A stretch of DNA of 64,000 nt. Origin: Bacilli bacterium (GTDB lineage: Bacteria; Bacillota_I; Bacilli_A; RF39; UBA660). How positions within the stretch are numbered: the stretch's first letter is position 1; the number at the start of each line of letters is the position of its first letter. The DNA is taken from the NCBI GenBank assembly GCA_051886215.1, contig JBJEXX010000038.1, forward strand, positions 341 to 64,340. The letters are read 5' to 3'. Of the stretch, positions 1 to 11,953 are shown one piece after another. Below the pieces are notes generated by a model, which was not told the origin of the DNA, did no database searches, and was given only the letters and a program-made list of their open reading frames with translations. A program made the translations under genes and the position numbers.

Positions 1-29
1 TTCCACATATCCAGGTGTGTCATTTTTAT

Positions 30-60
30 TATTAAATATAGTTTTGCCCTAAAGCAAAAC
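30..60 (-). terminator. possible weak stem-loop downstream of the 146-aa ORF
   Basis: Inverted repeat GTTTTGC-N6-GCAAAAC at 41-60. The minus-sense RNA has only a poor U-tract after it. Confidence 0.3.
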
Positions 61-136
61 AATTTAACCAACATTGATACTATATCATTATGATATTCCT
101 TTGTCAATAAAAATATACAAAATTTATAAAAAAAGA

Positions 137-577
137 TTATTCAGCAAAAGAACTAGAATAACCTTCACTTATATAATAATCACCACATTTAATATACGGG
201 GTAACATTCACCACATTATCATATGTAATTTTTGCATATCCATCACAACTTACTTGTCCATCAGTTAATACATTTAAATAATCCAATGCAATTAATTTTT
301 TAGAAGTTACGTACATAGGATCTTTATCATTAAAATCTGGGTAATATTCTTTTTGATATAAAGCAGCAGCGGTTTTTAAATTTTTTTCTATAGAACTATA
401 ATCAAAATCACTTTTATCATTATCTTTATATTCTGTACCATCATTAGGATTTAATAAAGGATTATCTCTATCGTCCAAATGCATATTATGAACAATTAAT
501 GAGATAACTATTAACAAAACAATAAAAATCCCCATAAAGAAAAACATATTTGATATTCCAAATCCTCTATTTTTCAT
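137..577 (-). CDS. hypothetical small membrane-anchored protein
   Basis: 146-aa ORF with an AGGTGAT Shine-Dalgarno just upstream of the ATG. Hydrophobic N-terminus (MFFFMGIFIVLLIVISLIV) followed by a polar domain. No family recognised. Confidence 0.55.
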   Translation of the reverse strand: MKNRGFGISNMFFFMGIFIVLLIVISLIVHNMHLDDRDNPLLNPNDGTEYKDNDKSDFDYSSIEKNLKTAAALYQKEYYPDFNDKDPMYVTSKKLIALDYLNVLTDGQVSCDGYAKITYDNVVNVTPYIKCGDYYISEGYSSSFAE

Positions 578-610
578 TTACATCACCTAATAATAGTATA
601 CTCTAAAACA

Positions 611-649
611 TAAAAAAAAGAAAGAAAAAGGAATAAGTTTCCTTATTCC
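611..649 (-). terminator. intrinsic terminator of rpoC
   Basis: Minus-sense GGAATAAGG-AAA-CTTATTCC hairpin overlapping the rpoC stop codon, followed by TTTTTCTTTCTTTTTTTT. Confidence 0.8.
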
Positions 650-3600
650 ATAAATTTATCTTCTAAAGCATCTATTGGTTCATCTTCCAATAATTCACTA
701 GCTAAATCATAGTCAACGTTTTGATAAGCCTTTATACCAGTACCTGCTGGGATAAGCTTACCAATAATAACATTTTCTTTTAATCCAACTAAATGATCTG
801 TTTTTCCACGTATTGCAGCATCAGTTAAGATTCTTGTTGTTTCTTGGAATGATGCAGCAGATAAGAATGAATCAGTTTCAAGTGAAGCTTTTGTTATACC
901 TAGAAGTACTGGCCTACCTGTAGCAGGTTTTTTACCATTAATAATAGCTTGTTTATTTTCTCTAGTAAAGTCATGTATATTTACTAAAGATCCTGGAATA
1001 AACATAGTTCCACCATTATCAACAATTCTCATCTTAGAAATCATTCTACGTGCGATAACTTCAACGTGTTTATCAGAAATATCAACACCTTGTGAACGAT
1101 ATGCATATTGTATTTCTTTTAATATGTATTCTTGTGTAGTAACTGGATCGGTAACAGCTAATAATTCTTTAGGACTAATTGCACCTTCTGTCAACTTATC
1201 ACCTGCTGCTACAACATCTCCTACTTCTACACGTAATTTAGAACCATAATTTGTAACATGTTCTTTAGATTCAACTTTATTTTTAATTGTAATTTTATAT
1301 TTACCATGTTCTTCGTTAACTTTAGTGATTTTACCATCGATTTCAGCAATTGTAGCTTTTCCTTTAGGAATACGTGCTTCGAATAATTCTTGTACACGAG
1401 GAAGACCTTGTGTAATATCTTCTCCACCAGCAACTCCTCCAGTATGGAAAGTACGCATTGTAAGCTGAGTACCTGGCTCACCAATAGATTGAGCAGCCAT
1501 AACACCGATTGCTTCACCAACCTCAACAACATTTCCAGTTGCAAGATTACGTCCATAACATTTTTGACAAACGCCATTAATAGTATTACATGTAAGAATA
1601 GATCTAATTTCTACTTCTTCTATTCCTGCTTTTATTATCTTATCGGCAATTTGTTCAGTTATATATTGAAGCTTATCAGCAATTACTTCACCAGTTTCAG
1701 GATTGATTATCTTCTTATTAGTAAATCTACCAACAATTCTATCATATAATCCTTCTATTACAGCACCATTCTTATCATTAACGAAGGTTTTTACTACAAA
1801 TCCATTTTCAGTTCCACAATCTTCTTCTTTAACGATTATATCTTGACTTACATCAACTAAACGTCTTGTTAAGTAACCTGAATCTGCAGTTTTTAATGCT
1901 GTATCGGCACTACCTTTACGAGATCCATGACTTGATAAGAAGAATTCAGATACTGATAATCCTTCTTTAAATGAAGATAATACTGGGATTTCTACAGACT
2001 CACCATTTGGTTTAGCCATTAATCCACGCATACCAGCAACTTGAGTAAAGTTTGAAATATTACCACGAGCACCAGAATGCATCATCATAAATATTGGATT
2101 ATCTAAATCAGAATCCGCAATAACTTGTAATTCTTTTTGAACTTCGTCTTTAGCTTTGTTCCATGTTTCAATTACTTTTTCATATCTTTCTTCTTCAGTA
2201 ATTAAACCACGTTTATATTGTTTATTAATAGTATCTACTACTTTTTGATGTTCCGCAACTATTGCATCTTTATTATTACATCCAATAACGTCACTCATAG
2301 AAACTGTAATTCCGGCAATTGTAGAATATTTAAATCCTAAATCTTTTAAATCATCCAAGAATATTGAAGTTTCTGTAGTTTTATAACGTTTAAATATTTG
2401 AGCAATAATTTTTTCTAATATTTTCTTAGCAAATGGTTTTACTAATTCCATAGAAGTGATTGCTTCTGGTATGTTAGTGCCCTTTTCTAAGAAATATTTA
2501 TTAGGTGTAATATTTTGAATATTATCATCAGTAGGTTCATTTATATAAGCAAATGAATCTGGTAAAATTTCATTAAATTTAATCTTACCAACAGTAGTAA
2601 CTAAATATTTACCTTTTTGACTATCAGTAAATAATTTATGTTTAAATGAATCAACTGGAATAGCAATTCTTGTATGTAATGTTATTTCTTTTCTTTCATA
2701 TGCCATTAAAGCTTCATTAACATCCTTAAATACTCTTCCTTCTCCAGGAAGGCCAGCCTTTTCCATTGTAATATAATAATTACCTAAAACCATATCTTGA
2801 CTTGGTGTAACAATAGGATCACCACTAGATGGTTTCAAAATATTATTAGCACCTAGCATTAACATTCTAGCTTCAGCTTGAGCTTCTTCAGATAATGGAA
2901 CGTGTACTGCCATTTGGTCTCCATCAAAGTCAGCATTAAATGCTGTACAAACTAATGGATGCAAACGAATTGCTTTTCCACCAACTAATTTAGGTTCAAA
3001 TGCTTGAATACCTAATCTATGAAGTGTAGGAGCACGGTTTAATAATACTGGATGTTCTTTAATAACATCTTCAACAATGTCCCAAACTTTTGGATCACGA
3101 TTATCAATTAATCTCTTAGCAGCTTTAATATTATGCGCTATATCACGAGAAACTAAACCATGAATAACATGGGGTTTAAATAATTCAAGTGCCATTTCTT
3201 TTGGTAATCCACATTGATACATTTTTAAGTTTGGTCCTACAACGATAACACTACGACCAGAATAATCAACGCGTTTACCTAATAAGTTTTGACGGAAACG
3301 ACCTTGTTTACCTTTTAACATACTAGAAAGTGATTTTAAAGCACGATTTCCAGCACCAGTAACACTTCTACCACGTCTTCCATTGTCAAATAGAGCGTCA
3401 ACTGCTTCTTGTAACATACGTTTTTCATTTTGAATAATGATTGTAGGAGCACCTAAATCTATTAATTTTTTCAAACGATTGTTACGATTAATAACACGTC
3501 TATATAAATCATTTAAATCACTAGTAGCGAATCTTCCACCATCAAGTTGTAACATTGGACGAAGATCTGGAGGTATTACAGGAATACAATCCAAAATCAT

Positions 3601-4275
3601 CCATTCTGGTTTATTACCAGATTTATAGAAAGCATCAAGAACATCAATTCTCTTAAGCAATCTAACTCTTTTTTGACCTTGTGCAGTTTCTAATTCTTTT
3701 GTTATTTGAGCAATTTCTTTTTCTAAATCAACTTTCTTCAAAAGTTCTTTTATTGCTTCTGCACCCATTCCTACTTTAAATCCGTTACCATATTTTTCAT
3801 AATATGCACGATATTCTTTTTCAGATAATGTTTGCTTATTTTCAAGAGGAGTATTTCCTTTATCAATTACTACATAACTAACAAAATATAAAACTTCCTC
3901 TAAATCTCTTGGACTCATATCAAGGACAATTCCCATACGTGATGGAACACCTTTAAAGAACCAAATATGAGATACTGGAGTTGCAAGTTCTATATGTCCC
4001 ATTCTCTCACGTCTAACTTTAGAACGAGTTACTTCAACTCCACATCTGTCACAAATAATATTTTTATATCTTACTCTTTTATATTTACCACAAGCACATT
4101 CAAAATCTTTGCTTGGACCAAATATTTTTTCACAATATAAACCATCTCTTTCAGGTTTTAAAGTACGATAATTAATTGTTTCTGGTTTTTTTACTTCTCC
4201 ATAAGACCATTCACGAATTTTTTCAGGAGACGCAATACCAATTCTTAAAGCAGAAAACTTATTTACTTCTATCAT
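643..4275 (-). CDS. rpoC: DNA-directed RNA polymerase subunit beta-prime
   Basis: 1210-aa ORF with the catalytic [12 protein letters not shown] motif and N-terminal Cys-rich zinc motifs. The start overlaps the rpoB stop (TAATG). Confidence 0.98.
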   Translation of the reverse strand: MIEVNKFSALRIGIASPEKIREWSYGEVKKPETINYRTLKPERDGLYCEKIFGPSKDFECACGKYKRVRYKNIICDRCGVEVTRSKVRRERMGHIELATPVSHIWFFKGVPSRMGIVLDMSPRDLEEVLYFVSYVVIDKGNTPLENKQTLSEKEYRAYYEKYGNGFKVGMGAEAIKELLKKVDLEKEIAQITKELETAQGQKRVRLLKRIDVLDAFYKSGNKPEWMILDCIPVIPPDLRPMLQLDGGRFATSDLNDLYRRVINRNNRLKKLIDLGAPTIIIQNEKRMLQEAVDALFDNGRRGRSVTGAGNRALKSLSSMLKGKQGRFRQNLLGKRVDYSGRSVIVVGPNLKMYQCGLPKEMALELFKPHVIHGLVSRDIAHNIKAAKRLIDNRDPKVWDIVEDVIKEHPVLLNRAPTLHRLGIQAFEPKLVGGKAIRLHPLVCTAFNADFDGDQMAVHVPLSEEAQAEARMLMLGANNILKPSSGDPIVTPSQDMVLGNYYITMEKAGLPGEGRVFKDVNEALMAYERKEITLHTRIAIPVDSFKHKLFTDSQKGKYLVTTVGKIKFNEILPDSFAYINEPTDDNIQNITPNKYFLEKGTNIPEAITSMELVKPFAKKILEKIIAQIFKRYKTTETSIFLDDLKDLGFKYSTIAGITVSMSDVIGCNNKDAIVAEHQKVVDTINKQYKRGLITEEERYEKVIETWNKAKDEVQKELQVIADSDLDNPIFMMMHSGARGNISNFTQVAGMRGLMAKPNGESVEIPVLSSFKEGLSVSEFFLSSHGSRKGSADTALKTADSGYLTRRLVDVSQDIIVKEEDCGTENGFVVKTFVNDKNGAVIEGLYDRIVGRFTNKKIINPETGEVIADKLQYITEQIADKIIKAGIEEVEIRSILTCNTINGVCQKCYGRNLATGNVVEVGEAIGVMAAQSIGEPGTQLTMRTFHTGGVAGGEDITQGLPRVQELFEARIPKGKATIAEIDGKITKVNEEHGKYKITIKNKVESKEHVTNYGSKLRVEVGDVVAAGDKLTEGAISPKELLAVTDPVTTQEYILKEIQYAYRSQGVDISDKHVEVIARRMISKMRIVDNGGTMFIPGSLVNIHDFTRENKQAIINGKKPATGRPVLLGITKASLETDSFLSAASFQETTRILTDAAIRGKTDHLVGLKENVIIGKLIPAGTGIKAYQNVDYDLASELLEDEPIDALEDKFME

Positions 4276-7200
4276 TAGTCTTCATCTCCTTCCATAACAG
4301 CTTCTTCAAAATCGCTATCATCATAATCTTCTTCATCATCTTCGTAATCGTCTATGTCATCTTCTTCACTAACAGTTGGCTCTTCAGGTAAAGGTTGAAC
4401 TTCCTCTACTGGAGTAAAATCATCTTTATACTCTTCTTCTTCTACTTGTTTTAAATCTAGTAAATTATTTTCATCATCTACTATACCTACATCAAGTCCT
4501 AATGCTTGGAACTCTTTCATAAGAACTCTAAACGATTCAGGAACTCCTGCGTGATTTATTTCTTGTCCTTTTACTAAAGCTTCATATACTTTAACACGAC
4601 CTAAAATATCATCAGATTTAACTGTCAACATTTCTTGTAATGTATGAGCAGCACCATATGCATATAATGCCCAAACTTCCATTTCTCCAAATCTTTGACC
4701 ACCGAATTGAGCTTTACCACCAAGTGGTTGTTGTGTAACTAATGAATAAGGTCCTGTTGAACGAGCATGTAACTTATCATCAACCATATGGTGAAGTTTA
4801 ATCATATACATAACTCCAACAGCAATTCTATTATCAAATGGTTCTCCAGTACGTCCATTATATAGTACTGTCTTTCCATCTGGATCCATTCCAGCTTCTG
4901 CCATCATTTCTTGAACGTCTTCCAAGCTAGCTCCATCAAATACTGGAGTTGCAACATGAACACCTAATTTTTTAGCGGCCATACCTAAATGTAATTCTAA
5001 AATTTGACCTAAGTTCATACGAGATGGAACACCTTGTGGATTTAACATGATATCAACAGGAGTACCATCAGCCATATATGGCATATCTTCTTGAGGAAGA
5101 ATAAGTGAAATAACACCTTTGTTACCATGACGTCCAGACATCTTATCTCCAACTTGAATCTTACGTTTTTGTGCAATATATACACGAATTACTTTTGAAA
5201 CACCTGCTGGTAATTCATCATTATCTTTTCTAGAGTAAATTTTAATATCATGAACAATACCTTCAGCACCATGAGGTACTCTTAATGAAGTATCTCTAAC
5301 TTCACGAGTCTTTTCACCAAATATTGCATGTAATAATTTTTCTTCTGAAGTAAGTTCTGCCATACCTTTAGGAGTAACTTTACCAACTAAGATATCTCCT
5401 TCTTTAACTTCTGTACCAATAACAACAATACCATTTTCATCCAAATTACGTCTAGCTTCATCACTAACATTTGGAATATCTCTTGTTATTTCTTCAGGTC
5501 CTAACTTAGTTTCACGACATTGAATTTGATAATCTTCTAAGTGAATAGAAGTATAAACATCATCTTTAACTATTTTTTCATTTAATATAACTGCATCTTC
5601 ATAGTTATAACCATCAAATGTCATAAATGCTACAGTAACATTTTTACCTAAAGCAAGTTCTCCTTGATCTGTACTTGGAGCATCAGCAAGAACAAAACCG
5701 CGTTTTACTTTATCCCCTACTTTAACACAAGGTCTTTGATGGAAACTTGTATCTGAGTTACTTTCTTCAAAGTTTGCAAGTAAGTATGTATCTTCTCCAC
5801 CTTTAGTTTTTACCACTACTTTTCTAGAGTCAACATATTCAACTACACCATCAGCTTTACAAACAACTACTTCTCCACTATCACGAGCTGCAACAAACTC
5901 AACTCCAGTACCAACAAGTGGTGCCTCAGATTTTAAAAGTGGAACTGCTTGACGTTGCATGTTAGCACCCATCAATGCACGAGTAGCATCATCGTGTTCC
6001 AAGAAAGGAATACAACTTGTTGTAACAGATACTACTTGTTGTGGAGAAACATCAACATAATCAACCTGTTCAGGTTTTACCATTATATTTTCTCCTCTAA
6101 AACGAGCAGTAACTAATTTATCTATTATTTTATTATCTTCATCTGTATTAACAGTAGCTTGACTAATCATAAAATCTGCTTCTTCATCTGCAGTTAAATA
6201 GTCAACTTGATCTGTTATAACACAATCATTAACTTTTCTATATGGAGTCATTATAAATCCATACTCATCAACTTTTGCATAACTTGCTAAAGAAGTAATC
6301 AAACCTATATTTTGTCCTTCTGGAGACTCAATAGGACATATTCTACCATAGTGAGAAGCATTAACGTCACGTACTTCCATTCCGGCTCTATCACGAGACA
6401 AACCTCCTGGTCCTAAAGCAGATAAACGTCTTTTATTAGTTAACTCAGCTATTGGATTCATTTGATCCATAAATTGAGATAATTGACTACTACCAAAGAA
6501 TTCTTTCATAGCAGCAGTAACAGGTCTAATATTTATCAAAGTCTTAGGAGTGATTTCATCTGTTTCTTGAGTAGTCATTCTTTCGCGAATAACTCTTTCC
6601 ATTCTTGAAACACCAATTCTAAATTGATTTTGTAATAATTCTCCAACTTGACGAATACGTCTATTTCCTAAATGATCAATTTCATCAAAATTACCAACAC
6701 CATTTAATAAATTTAAATAGTAAGAAACAGAAGCATAAACATCTGATATAGTTAATCTCTTTTCAGTAATAGTTTGATCATTACCAATTAGAGTAATCTT
6801 ATTCTTTTTATTACCTGGTTCATATATTTTTAAAGTTTGAACTTTTCCATAAGTATCTAATTCACTATTAATAGTAACTTCTTTTACATTATAACCATCT
6901 TTAAAAATATCTTTTAATTGTTCTAAAATGTCCTTAGTAATTAAAGTCCCTTTAGCAACAACAACTTCACCATTAACCTTTATATCTTCAGCAAGAACTT
7001 GATTTAAAGCTCTTTCTAATACATTTAACTTACGATTAAATTTATAACGACCAACACGCGCTAAATCATATCTAAATTCATCAAAGAATCTAGTGATAAT
7101 TTGGTTTTTAGAAGAATCTAATGTAGCTGGTTCTCCTGGTCTTAATTTTTCATAAATCTCTATTAGAGCTTCATCTGTATTTTTAGTTGAGTCTTTTGCT

Positions 7201-7862
7201 AGAGTATTTTTTATATAGTCTCCATCTCCAAATAATCCAGTAATATCATCATCACTAGATAAACCAAATGCACGAAGTAAAGTTGTTAAAGTAACCTTTC
7301 TAGTTCTATCAATTCTAACATATAATACATCTCTTGCATCAGTTTCAAACTCCAACCATGTACCACGAGTTGGAATTATTTGCGAAGTAATTAACTCACG
7401 ACCATTTTTATCAATTTCACGATTGAAATATACGCTTGGACTTCTTACTAATTGTGAAACAATAACACGTTCTGCTCCATTAATTACAAAAGTTCCAGCA
7501 TCAGTCATAACAGGTAAATCACCCAAGAATATTTCTTGTTCTTTTACTTCACCTGTCTCATGATTAAACAAACGTACTTCCACTTTCAAAGGAACTGCGT
7601 AAGTAGTCTCACGATCTTTACATTGTTTAATAGAATATCTTGGTTCATCAAAATGATAATCACCAAATTCTAAAGAAAATGTTCCTGAAAAATCTTCTAC
7701 TGGGAATAAGTCTTCAAATACCTCTTTAATACCTGTATCAATAAACCATTGATAACTTTTTTTCTGTATTTCAAGTAAATCCTTCAATTCATAAGTGTTT
7801 CTAATTCTAGAAAAACTTCTTCTTTCTCTGTGTTCACCGCATTTTATTATTTTATAAGCCAC
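4275..7862 (-). CDS. rpoB: DNA-directed RNA polymerase subunit beta
   Basis: 1195-aa ORF with conserved beta-subunit blocks ([25 protein letters not shown]). It lies directly upstream of rpoC and has an acidic C-terminal tail. Confidence 0.98.
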   Translation of the reverse strand: MAYKIIKCGEHRERRSFSRIRNTYELKDLLEIQKKSYQWFIDTGIKEVFEDLFPVEDFSGTFSLEFGDYHFDEPRYSIKQCKDRETTYAVPLKVEVRLFNHETGEVKEQEIFLGDLPVMTDAGTFVINGAERVIVSQLVRSPSVYFNREIDKNGRELITSQIIPTRGTWLEFETDARDVLYVRIDRTRKVTLTTLLRAFGLSSDDDITGLFGDGDYIKNTLAKDSTKNTDEALIEIYEKLRPGEPATLDSSKNQIITRFFDEFRYDLARVGRYKFNRKLNVLERALNQVLAEDIKVNGEVVVAKGTLITKDILEQLKDIFKDGYNVKEVTINSELDTYGKVQTLKIYEPGNKKNKITLIGNDQTITEKRLTISDVYASVSYYLNLLNGVGNFDEIDHLGNRRIRQVGELLQNQFRIGVSRMERVIRERMTTQETDEITPKTLINIRPVTAAMKEFFGSSQLSQFMDQMNPIAELTNKRRLSALGPGGLSRDRAGMEVRDVNASHYGRICPIESPEGQNIGLITSLASYAKVDEYGFIMTPYRKVNDCVITDQVDYLTADEEADFMISQATVNTDEDNKIIDKLVTARFRGENIMVKPEQVDYVDVSPQQVVSVTTSCIPFLEHDDATRALMGANMQRQAVPLLKSEAPLVGTGVEFVAARDSGEVVVCKADGVVEYVDSRKVVVKTKGGEDTYLLANFEESNSDTSFHQRPCVKVGDKVKRGFVLADAPSTDQGELALGKNVTVAFMTFDGYNYEDAVILNEKIVKDDVYTSIHLEDYQIQCRETKLGPEEITRDIPNVSDEARRNLDENGIVVIGTEVKEGDILVGKVTPKGMAELTSEEKLLHAIFGEKTREVRDTSLRVPHGAEGIVHDIKIYSRKDNDELPAGVSKVIRVYIAQKRKIQVGDKMSGRHGNKGVISLILPQEDMPYMADGTPVDIMLNPQGVPSRMNLGQILELHLGMAAKKLGVHVATPVFDGASLEDVQEMMAEAGMDPDGKTVLYNGRTGEPFDNRIAVGVMYMIKLHHMVDDKLHARSTGPYSLVTQQPLGGKAQFGGQRFGEMEVWALYAYGAAHTLQEMLTVKSDDILGRVKVYEALVKGQEINHAGVPESFRVLMKEFQALGLDVGIVDDENNLLDLKQVEEEEYKDDFTPVEEVQPLPEEPTVSEEDDIDDYEDDEEDYDDSDFEEAVMEGDED

Positions 7863-7957
7863 TTAATTCACCCCATTACATATATTTTAGCCAAAGAACA
7901 TATTAGTAAATATAATACATTGCCAATCTATATTATATACACAACATTCTCAACAAG

Positions 7958-8545
7958 TCAATATTTTTTACACTTTATTACAAAAAAACCTTTACTTTTA
8001 TCTAACACTTCTACATTATATATTTTTTTCAAGTCGGATATCATCGATTTAGCTCCCTGATCTTTCCTAATAACGATATATAATACACCATTCTCAATCA
8101 AATAATTATGAGCACTCATTACAATTTCATAAATAATTTTCTTGCCAGCACGTATCGGCGGATTTGTAATAATAGTATCATAAAAATCATCAACTTTTTC
8201 ATAACAGTCACTAACGAAAGCTTTACAATTCACATTATTCTCTTTTATATTCATCTGACACAAATGAATAGCACGTTTGTTAATGTCAATCATATCAACA
8301 TGACTATTAAATACTTTAGATATATAAATTCCAATAGGCCCATATCCACAACCAACATCTAAAACTTTATTTCCAATATTCTCGGTTGTTAAAACTTCAA
8401 GAAGAAATCTAGTTCCATAATCTAATTTATTTTTAGAAAAAACGCCATTGTCAGTAAAAAAAGTAAAATTCTTATCCAAAATATTAATACTATGCTTCAC
8501 TATATTACTTTTGATACTATTGTCATTATCAAAATATTGTCCCAT
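7958..8545 (-). CDS. ybxB: class I SAM-dependent RNA methyltransferase (RsmC/YbxB-like)
   Basis: SAM motif VLDVGCGYGPIG and NPPIRAGK motif. It occupies the same rplL-rpoB slot as B. subtilis ybxB. Confidence 0.85.
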   Translation of the reverse strand: MGQYFDNDNSIKSNIVKHSINILDKNFTFFTDNGVFSKNKLDYGTRFLLEVLTTENIGNKVLDVGCGYGPIGIYISKVFNSHVDMIDINKRAIHLCQMNIKENNVNCKAFVSDCYEKVDDFYDTIITNPPIRAGKKIIYEIVMSAHNYLIENGVLYIVIRKDQGAKSMISDLKKIYNVEVLDKSKGFFVIKCKKY

Positions 8546-8557
8546 TATATCACCTAA

Positions 8558-8597
8558 AGTAAAAAGACTATTATATAAAAAGTATATATAATAGTCT
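8558..8597 (-). terminator. intrinsic terminator after the 85-aa ORF
   Basis: Perfect 13-bp stem AGACTATTATATA / TATATAATAGTCT (8565-8577 / 8585-8597), followed by TTTTTAC on the minus-sense RNA. It sits immediately before the ybxB Shine-Dalgarno. Confidence 0.7.
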
Positions 8598-8689
8598 CCT
8601 TTCGTAAGTTTATTATACTAAAAAATAAAATAAAAGCAAATAAAAAATAAATATAAATTTATTTTTTACGTAAATAAAAGCTTAAATAA

Positions 8690-8947
8690 TCATTTTTTAT
8701 TCTTTTCCCAAATTTTTCTTATTAATTTTAAAGATAAAGTTGATAAAGTAAAACCAATTACAGGTACTAATGAACTCAACCAAACATTATCTATTTTTCT
8801 TATCAAATAAGAATACAACACAACTACAAAATAAGTTAAAATAGCTATACATAACTTTCTAAGTGTACTGGTCTCCCAAGCTTTATCCATTTCAACTCTT
8901 TTATTTCTTGCTTGGATATCTTTTATTTGTTTTTCTAAATCAGACAT
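8690..8947 (-). CDS. small two-TM membrane protein, unknown function
   Basis: 85-aa ORF with a GAGGTGG Shine-Dalgarno. An N-terminal coiled segment (DKAWETS) is followed by two hydrophobic helices. Confidence 0.55.
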   Translation of the reverse strand: MSDLEKQIKDIQARNKRVEMDKAWETSTLRKLCIAILTYFVVVLYSYLIRKIDNVWLSSLVPVIGFTLSTLSLKLIRKIWEKNKK

Positions 8948-8995
8948 ATTACCACCTCAACAATTAAATTATAACAAAATGCTATAAATAATTAA

Positions 8996-9018
8996 ACAAA
9001 AAAGGACCAAATTGGTCC
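8996..9018 (-). terminator. intrinsic terminator of rplL
   Basis: Minus-sense GGACCA-AUU-UGGUCC hairpin followed by UUUUUUG. Confidence 0.85.
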
Positions 9019-9032
9019 AATATAGCTTAATA

Positions 9033-9404
9033 TTATTTAAATTCAACTGTAGCTCCAGCTTCTTCAAGCTTAGCTTTAATTTCATTAGCTTCATCCATAG
9101 ATACATTTTCTTTAACAGTTCCACAAGAGTCAACGATATCTTTAGATTCTTTTAATCCTAATCCAGTAATATCTTTAACTGCTTTAATTACGTTAACTTT
9201 AGCAGCTCCTGCATCAGTTAATACTACATTAACTGAACTTGGTGCAGCATCTTCTCCTGCTCCTGCAGCTGGTGCAGCTGCTACTGCTACTGCAGATGGA
9301 TCTACTCCAAACTCTTCTTTCATTGCATCTACTAATTCTTTAATTTCTAAAAGACTCATTTCTTTTAAAGCACTAATAAAATCTTCTCTATTTAATTTAG
9401 CCAT
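9033..9404 (-). CDS. rplL: 50S ribosomal protein L7/L12
   Basis: 123 aa with the typical N-terminal dimerisation helix, an Ala-rich hinge and a C-terminal [12 protein letters not shown]. Confidence 0.97.
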   Translation of the reverse strand: MAKLNREDFISALKEMSLLEIKELVDAMKEEFGVDPSAVAVAAAPAAGAGEDAAPSSVNVVLTDAGAAKVNVIKAVKDITGLGLKESKDIVDSCGTVKENVSMDEANEIKAKLEEAGATVEFK

Positions 9405-9422
9405 TTTTCTTTCCTCCTCTAA

Positions 9423-9917
9423 TTAATTTTCTTCTTTTTGTTTAGCGTATAAGTCTAAACATATTGATAAATCTTTTGGTATACCAATCATTGCTCCTGC
9501 TAGCATTGTTAATAATCCATCTCTAGATGGTATAGAAGCTAATTGATCAAGCATTGCTTTATCCGCAATCTCTCCATCAACAATCCCTACTTTCATAACT
9601 AATGCAGGATGATTTTTGGTAAATTCTGATATAACTTTGATTGGAGCAACTTGATCTTTACCATAAGCTAATGCACTTGGTCCAGTTAAGTTTTCACCTA
9701 AATCAATGTTTAAATCATTAAAAGCTCTACTCATTAATGTATTTTTATAAACTTTATAATCAGCGTCGCTTTCTCTTAAAGCACATCTTAACTCTTTGAT
9801 TTCTGCATCTGTTAAACCACGATAATCAAATAATACAATACTATTATTCTCCTCAACACGTGTTTTAACTTCGTCAATAATCTTTTGTTTTTGCTCTAAG
9901 ATTTTAACATTTGCCAT
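9423..9917 (-). CDS. rplJ: 50S ribosomal protein L10
   Basis: 164-aa ORF directly upstream of rplL, with typical L10 sequence and synteny. Confidence 0.96.
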   Translation of the reverse strand: MANVKILEQKQKIIDEVKTRVEENNSIVLFDYRGLTDAEIKELRCALRESDADYKVYKNTLMSRAFNDLNIDLGENLTGPSALAYGKDQVAPIKVISEFTKNHPALVMKVGIVDGEIADKAMLDQLASIPSRDGLLTMLAGAMIGIPKDLSICLDLYAKQKEEN

Positions 9918-10071
9918 AAAACACCTCCTTATTTATATTCGGGATGCCATAAAAAATTCCTAGTCATAGACTAGGAACTTTATATACTAAAAGTATGTCC
10001 TCGGTAGGATTTATTTGTATACCTACTGTCTATGGCACCAACAAAACAACATTATTGTATACTATTATTTA
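9918..10071 (-). promoter_or_regulatory. L10-leader-like 5-prime UTR with terminator-type attenuator upstream of rplJ
   Basis: 154-nt untranslated gap between rplA and rplJ. It has a long-range helix GGTGCCAT...ATGGCATCC. A perfect 9-bp hairpin TTCCTAGTC-TAT-GACTAGGAA (9957-9977) is followed by TTTTTT just before the AAGGAGGTG Shine-Dalgarno. The position matches the Firmicute L10(L12)4 autoregulatory leader. Confidence 0.6.
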
Positions 10072-10770
10072 TTATTTGTCAAATGAATTTATACTTATTT
10101 TTATTCCTGGACCCATAGTAGTGCTTACAGAAATATTTTTAATATAATCACCTTTAACAGTTGAAGGTTTGATTTTAGAAATTGCATTTACAAAATAAAC
10201 TAAGTTTTCTAATAAATCCTCTTCACTAAAAGATACCTTTCCGATTACACCATGAATGTTTCCATAACTATCTGTTCTGTATTCTACACGTCCAGCTTTT
10301 ACTTCGCTAACTGCTTTTTCAACATCTAATGTAACAGTACCAGTTTTAGGATTTGGCATTAAACCTTTTGGTCCTAATACACGTCCTAGCTTACCTAAAA
10401 GTGGCATCATATCTGGAGTAGCAATCATAACATCAAAGTCAAACCAATTTTCTTTTTCGATTTTTTCTAAGATATCAGTATCTCCAACAAAATCAGCTCC
10501 TGCAGCTTGTGCTTTTTTAGCTAATTCTCCACGAGCAACAACTAAAACTTTTTTAGTTTTACCTGTACCTTTAGGAAGTACCATAGCACCTCTTAACTGT
10601 TGATCAGCTTTTTTAGTATCTAGATTCAAATTCATAGCTACTTCTACTGAAGCATCAAATTTTGAAATTGAAGTTTCTTTTACTAATTTAACTGCTTCTT
10701 CTTTAGTATATGCTTTACCTTTTTCTACTTTTGTTAAAGCTTCATTATACTTTTTTGATCTTTTCTTCAT
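10072..10770 (-). CDS. rplA: 50S ribosomal protein L1
   Basis: 232-aa ORF with typical L1 sequence, downstream of rplK. Confidence 0.97.
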   Translation of the reverse strand: MKKRSKKYNEALTKVEKGKAYTKEEAVKLVKETSISKFDASVEVAMNLNLDTKKADQQLRGAMVLPKGTGKTKKVLVVARGELAKKAQAAGADFVGDTDILEKIEKENWFDFDVMIATPDMMPLLGKLGRVLGPKGLMPNPKTGTVTLDVEKAVSEVKAGRVEYRTDSYGNIHGVIGKVSFSEEDLLENLVYFVNAISKIKPSTVKGDYIKNISVSTTMGPGIKISINSFDK

Positions 10771-10839
10771 TTTAATTCCTCCTTATGTGGTATGTACGGA
10801 TTTTCCTCCCACATAGATTTATAATCTATATGTTGATTA

Positions 10840-11271
10840 TTATTCTTCGCCTTCGATTTTTATTCCCATATTTTTTGCTGTACCTGCAACGATTTTCATT
10901 GCAGCTTCAACATCATATGCATTTAAATCAGGCAATTTAATTTCTGCTATTTCTTTTAATTGATCTTTTGTAATTGTAGCAACTGTTTCATTTGCTCCTT
11001 TAGCTGATCCTTTATTAATTTTAGCATATTTCTTTAAAAGAAATGCAGTTGGTGGAGTTTTAATTACAAAATCGAAACTTCTATCATCATAAACAGAGAT
11101 TTCAACTGGTAATATATCTCCCATTCTATCACGTGTTGCATCATTATATTTTGTACAGAACTCTTGTAAATTAATTCCAGCGGGTCCTAATACTGTTCCA
11201 ACGGGTGGAGCCGGGTTAGCTTTTCCAGCTGGTACTTGTAATTTTATTTTTTTAATAACTTCTTTTGCCAC
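10840..11271 (-). CDS. rplK: 50S ribosomal protein L11
   Basis: Contains [17 protein letters not shown]. The GTG at 11271 is preferred as the start because the upstream GTG of the track ORF (11280) is part of the AGGAGGTG Shine-Dalgarno. Confidence 0.96.
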   Translation of the reverse strand: MAKEVIKKIKLQVPAGKANPAPPVGTVLGPAGINLQEFCTKYNDATRDRMGDILPVEISVYDDRSFDFVIKTPPTAFLLKKYAKINKGSAKGANETVATITKDQLKEIAEIKLPDLNAYDVEAAMKIVAGTAKNMGIKIEGEE

Positions 11272-11385
11272 GAAAAACACCTCCTATATTATTTTTACTT
11301 CGTTTTCGCGAGTGGTTCAAATAGCTTTATTTTAATCCGCGCTTCCCACTTGTATTTATCTATATTAATTAAATATAGCCATTAA

Positions 11386-11414
11386 ATAATAACACTAAAT
11401 AATCACTTTTGCAA
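11386..11414 (-). promoter_or_regulatory. candidate sigma-A promoter for rplK-rplA
   Basis: TTGCAA, 17-bp spacer, TATTAT on the minus strand, just after the nusG stop. Confidence 0.45.
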
Positions 11415-11419
11415 CTATT

Positions 11420-11953
11420 TTATGCTTTTTCTATTTGATTTAACTCAACTTCTACTGAAGTTTCTTGTCCAAATAAATCAATTATAACTGTTAAAATTTG
11501 TTTTTCTTTATCTATTTCAGAAATTGTACCAAACATTCCTGCGAATGGTCCATCAACAATTTTAACCTTATTACCATTTTCTAAATCTTCATCTATTTCA
11601 AGTCTACTCATTCCCATATTTCTAAGTACATTATCAACTTCTTGTGGTTGTAATGAAGTAGGTTTAGCTCCTTTTCCACTAGAACCGATAAAACCAGTAA
11701 CACCTGGAGTATTACGTACAACATACCAAGCATCATCTGTCATAACCATTTCAACCAAAATATAACCTGGAAATAATTTTTTAGTTTTTTCTTTTCTAAT
11801 ACCATCTTTTTCTTCAACAACAACTTGTTCTGGAATAATAATTCTACAAATATAATCTTTCATTCCCATAGATTCTGCTTTCATTTCAAGCTTTTCTTTT
11901 ACCTTACTTTCATGTCCAGAATAAGTATTAACTACATACCATTGTTTTTCCAT
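11420..11953 (-). CDS. nusG: transcription termination/antitermination factor NusG
   Basis: 177 aa with an NGN domain start (WYVVNTYSGHE) and a C-terminal KOW. secE-nusG-rplK synteny. Confidence 0.97.
   Translation of the reverse strand: MEKQWYVVNTYSGHESKVKEKLEMKAESMGMKDYICRIIIPEQVVVEEKDGIRKEKTKKLFPGYILVEMVMTDDAWYVVRNTPGVTGFIGSSGKGAKPTSLQPQEVDNVLRNMGMSRLEIDEDLENGNKVKIVDGPFAGMFGTISEIDKEKQILTVIIDLFGQETSVEVELNQIEKA

Noticed and set aside
1-23. Possible minus-strand gene start (ATG at 23-21, MTHLDMW...) running off the left edge.
   Set aside because: Only 7 codons are visible and there is no Shine-Dalgarno upstream, so it cannot be supported from this window.
137-577. Type IV prepilin-like N-terminus in the 146-aa protein (KNRGFGISNMFFFMGIFIVLL compared with KGFTLIEM...).
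   Set aside because: It lacks the conserved Glu at +5 and the FTLIE pattern. The resemblance may be just a basic-hydrophobic signal anchor.
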